Shown: positions 47,347-56,809 of the stretch, one piece after another
Position numbering within the stretch: position 1 is the stretch's first letter
How the letters are laid out: every line of letters starts with the position of its first letter
Origin: Candidatus Nomurabacteria bacterium RIFCSPHIGHO2_12_FULL_42_19
GTDB taxonomy: Bacteria > Patescibacteriota > Minisyncoccia > Phycocordibacterales > UBA9973
Reading direction: 5' to 3'
NCBI GenBank assembly: GCA_001786955.1
Contig: MFUM01000009.1
Location: 552 to 64,551, forward strand
DNA length: 64,000 nt
Made by a program: the position numbers and the translations under genes
The notes under the pieces: model-generated
Told to the model about the DNA's origin: nothing
Databases searched by the model: none
Seen by the model: only the letters and a program-made list of their open reading frames with translations

Positions 47347-48864
47347 ATGAAAAAATTCAACAAAGCTTCAATTATTTTTGTTTCTCTGGCTCTCGGCTTA
47401 GTTTTGCCGGTTTCCGCATTGGCGGCTACGACGCCTTCTCTCGGAGCAGCGGCAACCTATGGCATTCTCAGCAGTACCTACACCAACACAGTGGCAGGAA
47501 CTACAGTCAACGGAGACGTCGGGTTTACCACCGGACCGGCCGTTGCCCCCGCTGGCACGCATACAAACTACGGAAGTGGCGCCCCATATTCTACGGCGGG
47601 CTCGGCTCAGGGTAGCGCTTTATCCGCTTTGGCTTCTCAGGCATGCACCTTCACTTTTGCGCCTGGAGCGATTAATCTTTCTACCGACACGACTCACGGC
47701 CCTATCGGCGTATACACCCCTGGGGTGTATTGCAGTACGGGGGCGATGAATGTGGGGGGGCCGCTCACTCTCAGCGGCAGTGGAACATATGTTTTTAGGC
47801 CTGTGGGCGCGCTTGATTCAACCGCCGGGGCAATTGTCTCATTGTCCGGCGCATCAGCTTGTGATGTTTTTTGGACGCCGAGCGCGGCTACGACGCTGGC
47901 TGCTAATACAACTTTTGTGGGAACGGTAATTGACAATTCCGGTATTACGGTGGGCGCTAACACCACCTGGAATGGAAGGGCTTTGGCCTTCGGTGGAACA
48001 GTCACGACAGCTACTGATACCATTACCGCGCCAACTTGTTCTACTCCAACTCCAACTCCAACACCGACCCCAACACCAGTTCTAGTTCCACCCTTAATCA
48101 GCATTACCAAAGTCCCATCTTTGCTGGCACTACTGGCTGCTGGAGGCGGATCGGTTGCGTTTGATTATGCAGTTTCGAACATTGGAACCGTTGCAATGAG
48201 CAACGTCACGGTTGCCGATAATAAATGTTCTCCTGTAACCTTTCTTTCCGGCGATACTAATGGTAATTTAACGCTTGAAGTCACTGAAACATGGAATTAC
48301 CGCTGCACCGCGAATGTCTCGCAAACCACTACCAATACGGTAACTGCGACCGGTCAGGCCAATGGTTTTACCGCTACTGATACCGCCGAGGCAACGGTTG
48401 TTGTCGGCGCTGCGCTTCCGCCGCCATTAATTCATCTGGTAAAAAAGCCAAGCGTATTACTTCTTCCCGCTTCCGGCGGAGCGGTTACCTACACATATAC
48501 GGTAACTAATCCGGGCACAGTCGCTCTGAATGATGTCAGTGTTGCTGATAATAAATGCAGTCCGGTTTCCGGCCGTTCCGGCGATGTTAATAGCAACAAT
48601 ATGCTTGATGTCTCGGAGACGTGGGTTTATTCCTGTCAAATGAATTTGACCCAAACGACAACCAACACTGGGACAGCGCAAGGAAGCGCTAATGGCTTTA
48701 CCGTTACCGATCTATCGCTGGCTACAGTTGTGGTATCTGCTCCCGCTCTTCCTAAAACCGGATTTCCTCCGGAAGAAAATACTCTTTGGAATATCATTCT
48801 TCCAGCCGGAATTCTTGGCGCTCTATTCTCATTCTACTTGGCTCGAAAAAAAGAACTAATCTAG
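47347..48864 (+). CDS. secreted ice-binding-family (DUF3494) protein with PT linker, two DUF11-like domains and LPKTG sorting signal
   Basis: signal peptide, LGAAATYGIL, YTPGVYC, CDVFW, TTLAANTTFVGT, GRALA; PTPTPT; LPKTG + TM + RKK. Confidence 0.85.
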   Translation: MKKFNKASIIFVSLALGLVLPVSALAATTPSLGAAATYGILSSTYTNTVAGTTVNGDVGFTTGPAVAPAGTHTNYGSGAPYSTAGSAQGSALSALASQACTFTFAPGAINLSTDTTHGPIGVYTPGVYCSTGAMNVGGPLTLSGSGTYVFRPVGALDSTAGAIVSLSGASACDVFWTPSAATTLAANTTFVGTVIDNSGITVGANTTWNGRALAFGGTVTTATDTITAPTCSTPTPTPTPTPTPVLVPPLISITKVPSLLALLAAGGGSVAFDYAVSNIGTVAMSNVTVADNKCSPVTFLSGDTNGNLTLEVTETWNYRCTANVSQTTTNTVTATGQANGFTATDTAEATVVVGAALPPPLIHLVKKPSVLLLPASGGAVTYTYTVTNPGTVALNDVSVADNKCSPVSGRSGDVNSNNMLDVSETWVYSCQMNLTQTTTNTGTAQGSANGFTVTDLSLATVVVSAPALPKTGFPPEENTLWNIILPAGILGALFSFYLARKKELI

Positions 48865-48877
48865 TCCAAGCATAAAT

Positions 48878-50830
48878 ATGAATCTATATATAAAAAAATT
48901 GAATAAAAATTCAATAATAATAATATTCGCGCTTTTCTTGGTTTTTACCGGATACAATAATATTGTGCGAGCCGCAACCGGGGGAGGTACAGCCACGATT
49001 GCGGTAGATGGCGGTGCTCAGGGCGCGGGTGTGACCGTTGTACAATCCACCTCACATACTTTTACCGCTGTTTTGACGATTAATGTAAGCGGAATGACTC
49101 TCGGTGCGGCAAGCCCAACTTTTACCATTCCGACCGGTTTTACCGCGCCGAATGCTAGTCCTGTCGCTGTCGCAGGTGATGTAAATGCCGATGGAAAATG
49201 GTCTGTTGTGTCAGGCACGGGTTCTTGTGTTGTGGACTCCGCTCCCGGTTCTCCCAATACCACCGCTACAGGACAAGTAATTACTGTTGACATAACAGCA
49301 GATTGCGCAAATGGCGATACAATTACTCTTACCTATAAAGGAACATCTAATGTGGCAATGGGGGCGACAGCTCTGACTGTTAGTACGGCTGATGCCGGGG
49401 ACCCAGGCCCGGTTACGCCGCTTCTTGCCGGTTCGCCGACAATTACTGTTACTGCCGCCGATGTCACTGCTCCGACTGTTGCCGTTACCATGGACGATGA
49501 CGCTTTGAATATCGGCGATACATCTTTGGTCACCTTCACCTTTTCGGAAACTCCGGTAGAATTTGCTACGGCCGATGTTACCGTTGCTAATGGTTCAATC
49601 GGAGCGATAGACACTAGCAACCCGCTCGTGCAGACCGCGACTTATACCCCGACGAATGGCATCACGGACGCAACAAATGTCATTACTGTCGGCACCGCTT
49701 GGACGGACGCGGCTTTAAATGCTGGTGTTGGCGATGATTCGCCGAATTACACGATTGATACTACCGCGGCAACCGAAACTATTACTGTCATTAAATTAGT
49801 GGTCGGAGGAACAAAAGTTGTTGCTGATTTTCCTTTGTTTGTAAATGCTTCGGGAGTTACCTCTGGTGTTGCCAATAGCTTTCCCGTGCCTGCCACCTAT
49901 ACTGTAACAGAAACCTCTAACACAAATTATACCGCCAGTTTTTCCGGTTTTTGTCCGGGCGGTGTCATAAGCCTTACCCTGGGTACTCCCAAAATTTGCA
50001 CTATCACTAATACTTATGCCATACCCCCCGTATCTGGAAGTGTAAGTTTGTCTTCGGCGCCAGTCCCGCCTTTAATCGACGTGTTAAAAGTGCCCAGCCC
50101 TTTGGCCTTGCCAAGTGGTCCCGGTCCAGTGACATACACCTATACGCTTCGCAATATCGGAACGGTTCCGGTAACCAATATAACTATGGCGGGCGATAGT
50201 TGCAGCCCTATAATCTTTGTCTCCGGCGATGCTAATGCCAATGCCAAACTCGAGGTGAACGAAAGATGGGTCTATCGCTGCACGACAACACTCTCACAAA
50301 CTCATACAAATGTCGTCACCACAACCGGATGGGCTAATGGAATAAGCGCGGTTGACATCGCAACCGCCACAGTTGTTGTCGGAGCGTCAATCGTGCCACC
50401 CTTGATCCACGTAACAAAAGTCCCGAACACATTTTTGCTTTCTTCTCCCGGTGGAGCGGTTACTTACACATATACCGTGACCAATCCCGGCACAGTGCCA
50501 TTAAGCAATGTCAGCGTTACCGATGATAAATGCACCGGCTTGCCAGGCCGTGTTCTGGGACATCCGGGAGACCTTAATAAAAATAACCTGTTGGAAACCA
50601 ATGAGACCTGGAGTTTTGTCTGCCAAACAAATCTTACGCAAACAACGACAAATACCGTCACGGCCAGCGGCGATGCCAATGGCCTCACGGCCAGAGATTT
50701 CGCAATTGCGACCGTCGTTGTATCTGCCCCCGGTTTTCCGAAAACGGGATTTCCTTCTGAAGAAAAAAAAGGTTTGTGGAATTATGCTATGAACCTTCTG
50801 GAGAATCTATGGAATTTAAGTTTTCATTAA
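48878..50830 (+). CDS. secreted Ig-like repeat surface protein with DUF11-like domains and FPKTG motif
   Basis: signal peptide, DVTAPTV...VTFTFSE Ig-like domain, two C-terminal domains paralogous to the upstream gene. Confidence 0.8.
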   Translation: MNLYIKKLNKNSIIIIFALFLVFTGYNNIVRAATGGGTATIAVDGGAQGAGVTVVQSTSHTFTAVLTINVSGMTLGAASPTFTIPTGFTAPNASPVAVAGDVNADGKWSVVSGTGSCVVDSAPGSPNTTATGQVITVDITADCANGDTITLTYKGTSNVAMGATALTVSTADAGDPGPVTPLLAGSPTITVTAADVTAPTVAVTMDDDALNIGDTSLVTFTFSETPVEFATADVTVANGSIGAIDTSNPLVQTATYTPTNGITDATNVITVGTAWTDAALNAGVGDDSPNYTIDTTAATETITVIKLVVGGTKVVADFPLFVNASGVTSGVANSFPVPATYTVTETSNTNYTASFSGFCPGGVISLTLGTPKICTITNTYAIPPVSGSVSLSSAPVPPLIDVLKVPSPLALPSGPGPVTYTYTLRNIGTVPVTNITMAGDSCSPIIFVSGDANANAKLEVNERWVYRCTTTLSQTHTNVVTTTGWANGISAVDIATATVVVGASIVPPLIHVTKVPNTFLLSSPGGAVTYTYTVTNPGTVPLSNVSVTDDKCTGLPGRVLGHPGDLNKNNLLETNETWSFVCQTNLTQTTTNTVTASGDANGLTARDFAIATVVVSAPGFPKTGFPSEEKKGLWNYAMNLLENLWNLSFH

Positions 50831-51399
50831 AATGGTCATTGCTTATTATTGGTATTGCGGGAATTGCATTCTCCGCAATAATTGTTTCATTCCCGGCTTC
50901 GGATTTGTCAGCCCGTAATCTTTCCCAGAGCATCTCTTTTGAAATGCAGACCAGTCCGGGACTTCCAGCCCGTCTTAAAATTCCAAAAATTAATGTTAAT
51001 ACTGTTGTTGAATATGTAGGTCTCACGCCAGAAGGGGCAATGGGCGTGCCCAAAGGGCCTGCCGGTGTAGCTTGGTATAAGCTCGGGCCGCGCCCCGGGG
51101 AAAAAGGCAGTGCTGTTATAGCCGGACATTCCGGCTATAAAGATAAAAAACCGGCAGTCTTTGATAACTTACATAAATTGGTTAAGGGGGATAAAATATA
51201 TGTTGAAGATGAATTTGGGATAATTGCCACTTTCGTGGTACGTGAAAAACGACTATACGATCCAAATGTAGACGCTTCAGACGTGTTTGGTTCAAGCGAC
51301 GGAAAAGCACACCTTAATCTTGTTACCTGCGAAGGGGTCTGGGATGAAGTTACTAAAAGTCGTTCCAAGCGGCTGGTAGTCTTTGCGGATAAAGAATAA
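50809..51399 (+). CDS. class F sortase
   Basis: PARLKIPKI, VAWY..GPRPGEKGSAVIAGH, LNLVTC, R. Confidence 0.92.
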   Translation: MEFKFSLKWSLLIIGIAGIAFSAIIVSFPASDLSARNLSQSISFEMQTSPGLPARLKIPKINVNTVVEYVGLTPEGAMGVPKGPAGVAWYKLGPRPGEKGSAVIAGHSGYKDKKPAVFDNLHKLVKGDKIYVEDEFGIIATFVVREKRLYDPNVDASDVFGSSDGKAHLNLVTCEGVWDEVTKSRSKRLVVFADKE

Positions 51400-51409
51400 A
51401 TTACAAAAA

Positions 51410-51793
51410 CTAATTCCCAAAATTAATCTGGAAACTATACATTCCCATTCCGCATATTCCCTGCAATGGTTCCCCCGCTTTTGGAATTCCGAGATCAATT
51501 TCCGTTTCTCCCGTTTGGGGTAAAATCTTCTGAAAATTGACAGAACGAATCACAAGCGCCGCCGAGCAATCATATGTGCTTTCCGTTTTGACAATAAGTT
51601 TTGTCGGTATCCCCGCTTTTGCGGCAGAGATTCCCGGAGAATAACCGCCCTTGGCATTTATCGTGATGTATTGAATGCCATTTCTTATTTCAATATTGTT
51701 CTGTGCCGATTCGGAATCCGATTCGCCGGTAAAAATAATGCCCATGACAACAATTAGGCCGAGCGTAATAATAATCAAAACTGTTTTATTCAT
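51410..51793 (-). CDS. cupredoxin-domain protein
   Basis: GGYSP, AKAGIP, C-terminal CGMGMY. Confidence 0.85.
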   Translation of the reverse strand: MNKTVLIIITLGLIVVMGIIFTGESDSESAQNNIEIRNGIQYITINAKGGYSPGISAAKAGIPTKLIVKTESTYDCSAALVIRSVNFQKILPQTGETEIDLGIPKAGEPLQGICGMGMYSFQINFGN

Positions 51794-51843
51794 TGATTTT
51801 GCAAATCACGTCGCGCAAGTTCGATTAAAGCGCGACGCTTAAA

Positions 51844-52893
51844 TTATACATTAAACAGCGGATTAATAATTCCCAATCCGGCAAGTCCCGCAAGCAATGC
51901 AAACAAGCCAAGCCCGACTACCACCACTCCCGCGGATTTGAAAAATAATGGCGCGTGTTTTGAATGCGCAAAAGATGCCGGCCCGAATGATAACAGCAGG
52001 AGCATTGGCAATGTCCCCAGGGCAAACGCAAACATAATCAAAAATCCCGATAGAAGCGAACCGCTTCCCAATGCGGCAACCTGCATTGACTGGGTAAATC
52101 CGCAGGGCAGGAAAAACGTGCCGAAACCGACTAAAAGAGGTGTGAAAGTTTTGTGTTCTATTTTTCTAAAAACAGAAAAAACTTTTTGAAAAATTCCGGA
52201 AGGAAATGTAACTTTGTTTTTTGCAAATAACCCCAGTAAATTAAAACCAAGCAACAACATAACTAGAGACGCGGCGATTCCCAGTATCGCCGTAAACGTG
52301 AAGTTGATGCCTATCGCATTGCCGGCCAATCCGAGAGTTCCGCCCAAAATCGCAAAGCTGAAAAGCCGGCCTAAATGAAAAAGAATAAAATTCTTTTTAT
52401 CGCTGACATTATCCTGCGATACTTTCGCCGAGAGAGATAAAACCAAACCCCCGACGATAGCCAGGCAGCTGGAAACCGAAGCAATGAGCCCGATAATAAA
52501 GCTTGTTGCCGGTGTAGTTTTGCCCCCAATACCGAGATTGAGAATTCCCGATTTCTGTAATAGAAAAAAGAGCGCTAAAAATACAAGCCCAATCGGTATA
52601 GCTTTCCAAATCACATCATCTGCCTGCGCAGACAGGTCATTTTCTTTTTCTATCAATCTTTTCTCTACTGAAAGAATGTAGTTATTTGGCTTTAATTTAT
52701 TTGTTAAAAAAGTAGCCACTTCTTCAGCATCCTGATTGTTGTCAGTTTCAATTTCAACAATTTCTTTTTTTAAATCAACTCGCGCGTTTTTTACAAAATC
52801 CTGCTCTTTCAAAATATCTTCAATTAGGATTTTGCATGACGCGCAGTGAGTGCCAGTGACGTGAAATGTATATTTTTTCAACATTGAACACAC
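51844..52893 (-). CDS. HMA domain + DsbD_2/TauE-like membrane protein
   Basis: GTHCASC, SSCLAIVGG, FFLPCGFTQ, FALGTLP. Confidence 0.88.
   Translation of the reverse strand: MCSMLKKYTFHVTGTHCASCKILIEDILKEQDFVKNARVDLKKEIVEIETDNNQDAEEVATFLTNKLKPNNYILSVEKRLIEKENDLSAQADDVIWKAIPIGLVFLALFFLLQKSGILNLGIGGKTTPATSFIIGLIASVSSCLAIVGGLVLSLSAKVSQDNVSDKKNFILFHLGRLFSFAILGGTLGLAGNAIGINFTFTAILGIAASLVMLLLGFNLLGLFAKNKVTFPSGIFQKVFSVFRKIEHKTFTPLLVGFGTFFLPCGFTQSMQVAALGSGSLLSGFLIMFAFALGTLPMLLLLSFGPASFAHSKHAPLFFKSAGVVVVGLGLFALLAGLAGLGIINPLFNV
52619..52636 (-). repeat. CYTG-hairpin element, in frame (LSAQAD)
   Basis: cctg-tctgc-gcag-gcaga, 18 bp. Confidence 0.75.
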
Positions 52894-52909
52894 AGTTTAT
52901 CACGAAGAA

Positions 52910-53854
52910 TTATGCGCCGCAACTTCCGCCTCCTTTTTGTTCTTGTGGTTGTATTTGCGACAAGACTCCCTGATATCCCGACGCGCTGGAAAATTCGGCT
53001 GAGAGGATTTTCTTCGGGTCAGCGGTGTTCCAATCCATATTTTTGGATTTAAAAAAAACCGCGACGGCTTTATATTGGCCCGGGAACCAAAGAGTATTTA
53101 CCTGCAGCGCAACTTTATACATATCCGTTTCGGAAACTCCCTGTGAAGCCATAAGTTCCAACAATCCGAGCATCGCCATGCCGTGGTTGCAGTCCGGAAA
53201 ATAGGTGGAATTATCGCAGCAGGGCCTATATATATCCTTAGAAACTTTTTCAATCAGCATCTGCTGTTCCGGCGTAAGCGTTATAAATGAATGCATGCCG
53301 TAATGCGCCATTGCATTTCCTTTTGCCAGTGTCCAGCCGCCGGTAGATGCGAAATTCCCCGCCTTCGCCAAGGCTTCCGCCGTCACTGAAGTTTTGGCGG
53401 ACAAGTCGGCGGGCAAGCCCGCATCGCCATATGTTACCATTGGTCCTTCTGTAAGAATCGGATTTTTGTTTCCCAATCCAAGAGCCCAAAGCATATTCAG
53501 CATTACGCCGGAATTTTCGGAATTAATTACGAGATTCCCGTTATCAGAATTGTAAAGTAATTTTTTGTCCGACTCGGAAAGCCCGCCGCGTCCGCTGTAA
53601 AGATTTTCAAATTTTTCCTTGTCAATCACTCCAGCTTCCGTCATTTTTACTCCCATATCCCCCCATCGGACCGGCAGCTCTGTTCCATTTTTGAGGGAAA
53701 TTTCATCTTGCGGATTCAGCCGCGCCGGATGCCATAAAATTTCCTGGCTCTTTAATCGCGCCGTATAAATCCAAGCTCCGGAAATCAAAGCCGCCACGAT
53801 AATAATGCTCACTATCGGGGGTAGATTTTTTTCTTTTTTTGTTTCATTTTCCAT
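52910..53854 (-). CDS. hypothetical Cys-rich membrane-anchored protein of the metal cluster
   Basis: FASTGGWTL, IYRPCCDNSTYFPDCNHGMAMLG, C-terminal GGSCGA. Confidence 0.8.
   Translation of the reverse strand: MENETKKEKNLPPIVSIIIVAALISGAWIYTARLKSQEILWHPARLNPQDEISLKNGTELPVRWGDMGVKMTEAGVIDKEKFENLYSGRGGLSESDKKLLYNSDNGNLVINSENSGVMLNMLWALGLGNKNPILTEGPMVTYGDAGLPADLSAKTSVTAEALAKAGNFASTGGWTLAKGNAMAHYGMHSFITLTPEQQMLIEKVSKDIYRPCCDNSTYFPDCNHGMAMLGLLELMASQGVSETDMYKVALQVNTLWFPGQYKAVAVFFKSKNMDWNTADPKKILSAEFSSASGYQGVLSQIQPQEQKGGGSCGA
53358..53417 (-). repeat. nested CYTG-hairpin elements, in frame (LPADLSAKTSVTAEALAKAG)
   Basis: cttgcccgccga-[cttgtccgccaaaacttcagtgacggcgga]-agccttggcgaaggcggg; 30+30 bp. 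Confidence 0.85.
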
Positions 53855-53872
53855 GTTTTTCTTGTAATTTAA

Positions 53873-53913
53873 CCCCGACGCCTTTGGGTCGGGGTCCCGA
53901 CTTTTCGTCGGGA
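53873..53913. repeat. solo CCGAC double hairpin, intergenic
   Basis: ccccgacgcctttgggtcgggg-tcccgacttttcgtcggga. Confidence 0.85.
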
Positions 53914-53923
53914 TTAGTAATTT

Positions 53924-54226
53924 TTAACAGCAGTTATCCAACCGTTTTTTAATTTCTTCGGCTTTTGGACTTTCTGTCCTATTTTTACGCTTTAAGAATA
54001 ATTTTTTCAGCTCTGTTACGATGCCGCCTATTGACATACCCATCAAAATTGCGGTAATAAATTCATAGCGGGGCACGGACAAAAGTCCAAACCACATGCC
54101 AGAGAGCATCCATGCCCAGGTTAGAGTTACTCCGGCGCAAATTGAACATACTTGTATGGGCAATTTTTTATTAAGAACCCATATGACACACGTAAGAATG
54201 AGAACTGACAATAATGCGATAATCAT
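53924..54226 (-). CDS. small membrane protein with CxxC and terminal CC
   Basis: VCSICAGV, LMGMSIGG, ends LDNCC. Confidence 0.75.
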   Translation of the reverse strand: MIIALLSVLILTCVIWVLNKKLPIQVCSICAGVTLTWAWMLSGMWFGLLSVPRYEFITAILMGMSIGGIVTELKKLFLKRKNRTESPKAEEIKKRLDNCC

Positions 54227-54227
54227 A

Positions 54228-55007
54228 TTAGATGAAGAAAATTAAGATGCCGATAATAATCATGACAATTCCCGCCCAGAGCCTGAGCCCGTTCATATTG
54301 TCGCGCTTCCATACCTGCATTTTATCAACCAATAATTTATCTGCCGATATAAACAACACGGCTACCAGCGGCAGAATTAGAATCAGATTGTAGAGCAATA
54401 GATAATTAAATCCGCTCACATAAGTCATCTGGTCGCGCAGGAGCCCGATGACCATCAAATATGGCCCGCCCATGCATGGGAACTGGCAGATGCCAACCAA
54501 AAACCCCAGCCCGAATACTGCCGGAAAGGAAGCTTTGTCCATTAATTTTCCCATGCCAGCGTGAGCAATTCCTGGAATCTTGAGTTTGATGGGGAATGTC
54601 GGGAAGAAACGATTGAGAAGATTGAGCACACCGAAGATAATGAGAAGCGTTGCTCCCAATTTTCCCATAAAATGCGGAGTGTTGAACAGATGTAGCACTT
54701 TCAGTATTCCCAGGCCAATAAGAAAATACGCGGCGAATATTCCGGCAATGTATGTTCCGCCTAGTCTGAGAATTTTTCCCCGGCTCATTTGGATTCCGAA
54801 GAGAAATGCAATAGTGATGAGGAGAATTGAGAATGAACAGGGATGCACGCTATCCAGGACGGCAGCCACCAAAACAAGCGGCAAAAGCCAGGTCCCCTGC
54901 TTGCTCAAACTCCAGATGATTGAGGAAGTTGCCGGAGCGTTTTTGAGAATAACTATGCCGACGATGACGGCAAGTATAATGCAGATTGTAATAATGATTC
55001 TTTTCAT
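54228..55007 (-). CDS. CcdA/DsbD-like membrane redox or transport protein
   Basis: LDSVHPCSF, QFPCMGGPY, LLLYNLILILP. Confidence 0.82.
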   Translation of the reverse strand: MKRIIITICIILAVIVGIVILKNAPATSSIIWSLSKQGTWLLPLVLVAAVLDSVHPCSFSILLITIAFLFGIQMSRGKILRLGGTYIAGIFAAYFLIGLGILKVLHLFNTPHFMGKLGATLLIIFGVLNLLNRFFPTFPIKLKIPGIAHAGMGKLMDKASFPAVFGLGFLVGICQFPCMGGPYLMVIGLLRDQMTYVSGFNYLLLYNLILILPLVAVLFISADKLLVDKMQVWKRDNMNGLRLWAGIVMIIIGILIFFI

Positions 55008-55009
55008 AA

Positions 55010-55543
55010 TTAAGGAGTTACATTTGCCTTGATTTCGAATTGAAGCTTGTTGCCATTATCGTCTTCAAGGTAGACAAAACGGTCAATCCTCCCGACACCG
55101 GCCGGACCGTGAGCATTCGGGTCATAGACAACCTCAATGTCCGTCGATTGTCCGGCTTTTATCGTCTCGTTCAGCTTTGGAACAAACCCCATGCCTGGCA
55201 TGCCAAAAGGCCCGTTTTTATTTCCGTCCGAACGGACAAAATACGCCACCGTGCACATGCAGGAGGTTGTTAAACTTGGAAAGTTGACATCTTTGTCCGT
55301 TCCGTTAGTCACTTTAAACATTTTGCTGACATTCCCATTTTTCATGGAAATCGTGCCAAAATCATAGAGCGTTTCGGGTGCAATCAGTTGATTTTCCCCG
55401 CCCGCGGCATTTTGCGCAGCGCTGTCGGCAAGTATTTTGATTGGTTCATTTTTATTGGAAGCTTTGCTTCTTCCGGTCAGCCACAAGAAACCGAACAAAC
55501 CTACCACAATAAATGTCCACACGATAACCTGTTTAGTTTTCAT
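55010..55543 (-). CDS. DUF1573-like exported protein
   Basis: YDFGTISM, TSCMCT, FGMPG, YDPNAHGPAGVG. Confidence 0.8.
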   Translation of the reverse strand: MKTKQVIVWTFIVVGLFGFLWLTGRSKASNKNEPIKILADSAAQNAAGGENQLIAPETLYDFGTISMKNGNVSKMFKVTNGTDKDVNFPSLTTSCMCTVAYFVRSDGNKNGPFGMPGMGFVPKLNETIKAGQSTDIEVVYDPNAHGPAGVGRIDRFVYLEDDNGNKLQFEIKANVTP

Positions 55544-55574
55544 AGAATTTATTTAATTAACGCTGTTAAAGAGA

Positions 55575-55979
55575 TTACACAGCGTAAACAGACGGACTAT
55601 TTTCAAAAAGCGAGAGCCATTTGATTATTTTATCTAAGTGGTTATATGATGTTTTATTATAGAAAAAAAGTTTCCACTTATAAAAAAGGAAGGGTTTTTG
55701 ATTGGAAAATACTTGTCCGCCCAAAAAATATAAAATCATCCCAAAAATCAGAAACGAAAAAAGAAACAGCGATGGGAAAATTGCGCTTGAGAATTGGCGC
55801 CAATTGTTGATATGGTCAAAGCTGTTTTCACATATTGAATAGCCGTTTTGAGCGTAGGGGCAATCTACCATAGGCGCTTCGGCTATATGGCTGAACTTGA
55901 ACAAGCCGAAAATTCCTATGCTTATATAAATAAGCAAAACAAAAGCGCCGATGAATAATTTTATATTGCGCAAACTCAT
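55575..55979 (-). CDS. hypothetical membrane protein
   Basis: MVDCPY...IC...DHINNW, C-terminal WLSLFENSPS. Confidence 0.7.
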   Translation of the reverse strand: MSLRNIKLFIGAFVLLIYISIGIFGLFKFSHIAEAPMVDCPYAQNGYSICENSFDHINNWRQFSSAIFPSLFLFSFLIFGMILYFLGGQVFSNQKPFLFYKWKLFFYNKTSYNHLDKIIKWLSLFENSPSVYAV

Positions 55980-55984
55980 ATTTA

Positions 55985-56110
55985 TTATTTATTAATTTGT
56001 TTATACAGCCAGATACCGAGCAGAATCAGGTCTATTATCACTATCCAAGCAACGACAGAACCAAATCCCCCGCCCATCATCCCGCTATACCCATATCCAT
56101 ATCCCATCAT
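55985..56110 (-). CDS. small Met/Gly-rich membrane protein (41 aa)
   Basis: MMGYGYGYSGMMGGGFGSVVAWIVIIDLILLGIWLYKQINK; TATAAT 7 nt upstream; below ORF-track cutoff. Confidence 0.7.
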   Translation of the reverse strand: MMGYGYGYSGMMGGGFGSVVAWIVIIDLILLGIWLYKQINK

Positions 56111-56158
56111 ACAGAGATTATATCATATTATTTGTAATAAATCGACCTCCAAGAAATA

Positions 56159-56362
56159 CTACTGGTTTTTATTATCAATACCGAATGCGGTATGAAGCCA
56201 GCACCAGCCCAAAAAGCTTTCAATAAGGGCAATCAAGGCCACAATAAAGATAAGCATATTATAAGCGCTGTTGTCGAATTGCGGGGCAAGCGGACTGAGC
56301 CAGACTATTCCCAGAACAAACCTAAATATTCTGTCTAATTTTCCCAAGTTGTGATTTGTCAT
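56159..56362 (-). CDS. DUF2892/YgaP-like membrane protein
   Basis: NLGKLDRIFR..LG, ESFLGWC...FG. Confidence 0.8.
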   Translation of the reverse strand: MTNHNLGKLDRIFRFVLGIVWLSPLAPQFDNSAYNMLIFIVALIALIESFLGWCWLHTAFGIDNKNQ

Positions 56363-56407
56363 AAAATTCTAAAATTAATAACAATTTTCGACCTTTTGTA
56401 TTTTAAC

Positions 56408-56791
56408 CTATTTTGCGTTATCAATAATATTCCGAATAATTTGGTCAATCTCTTTCGGCCTCTCTCCAAAATTGGCTTGCGGGAAAAAATGAGGGAGAAT
56501 AATCGGGCGCATGCCGGAAATGAAAGTTTGACCGTCTTTGACATACACATTTATCTTGCAGGGCAGACAAAGCCCGATTTTAATGTCAATGTTCAAAAAT
56601 TCATCGGCAAATTTCGCGCTGCAAAATTCAACTATCTTAAAAGGTTCTCTGACAAAACCTTTCTCACCCAAGGTTTTTTGTACATCATGAACATACAAAA
56701 CCCGCATACCAGCTTTAGCGATTTCATCTTGCACATCTTGAACTGCTTCATCAAAAGTTTTTGTTGTAATTAGAGTATAATCAAATTCCAT
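56408..56791 (-). CDS. DUF302 domain protein
   Basis: HDVQKTL.EKG, IVEFC, IGLCLPCKINVY. Confidence 0.87.
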   Translation of the reverse strand: MEFDYTLITTKTFDEAVQDVQDEIAKAGMRVLYVHDVQKTLGEKGFVREPFKIVEFCSAKFADEFLNIDIKIGLCLPCKINVYVKDGQTFISGMRPIILPHFFPQANFGERPKEIDQIIRNIIDNAK

Positions 56792-56809
56792 ATGTTTATT
56801 TTATTAATT

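Noticed and set aside
48042..48078. Short tandem repeat
   Set aside because: Simply encodes the Pro/Thr linker.
51809..51837. cgtcgcgc...gcgcgacg hairpin
   Set aside because: Single short intergenic stem with no second copy seen.
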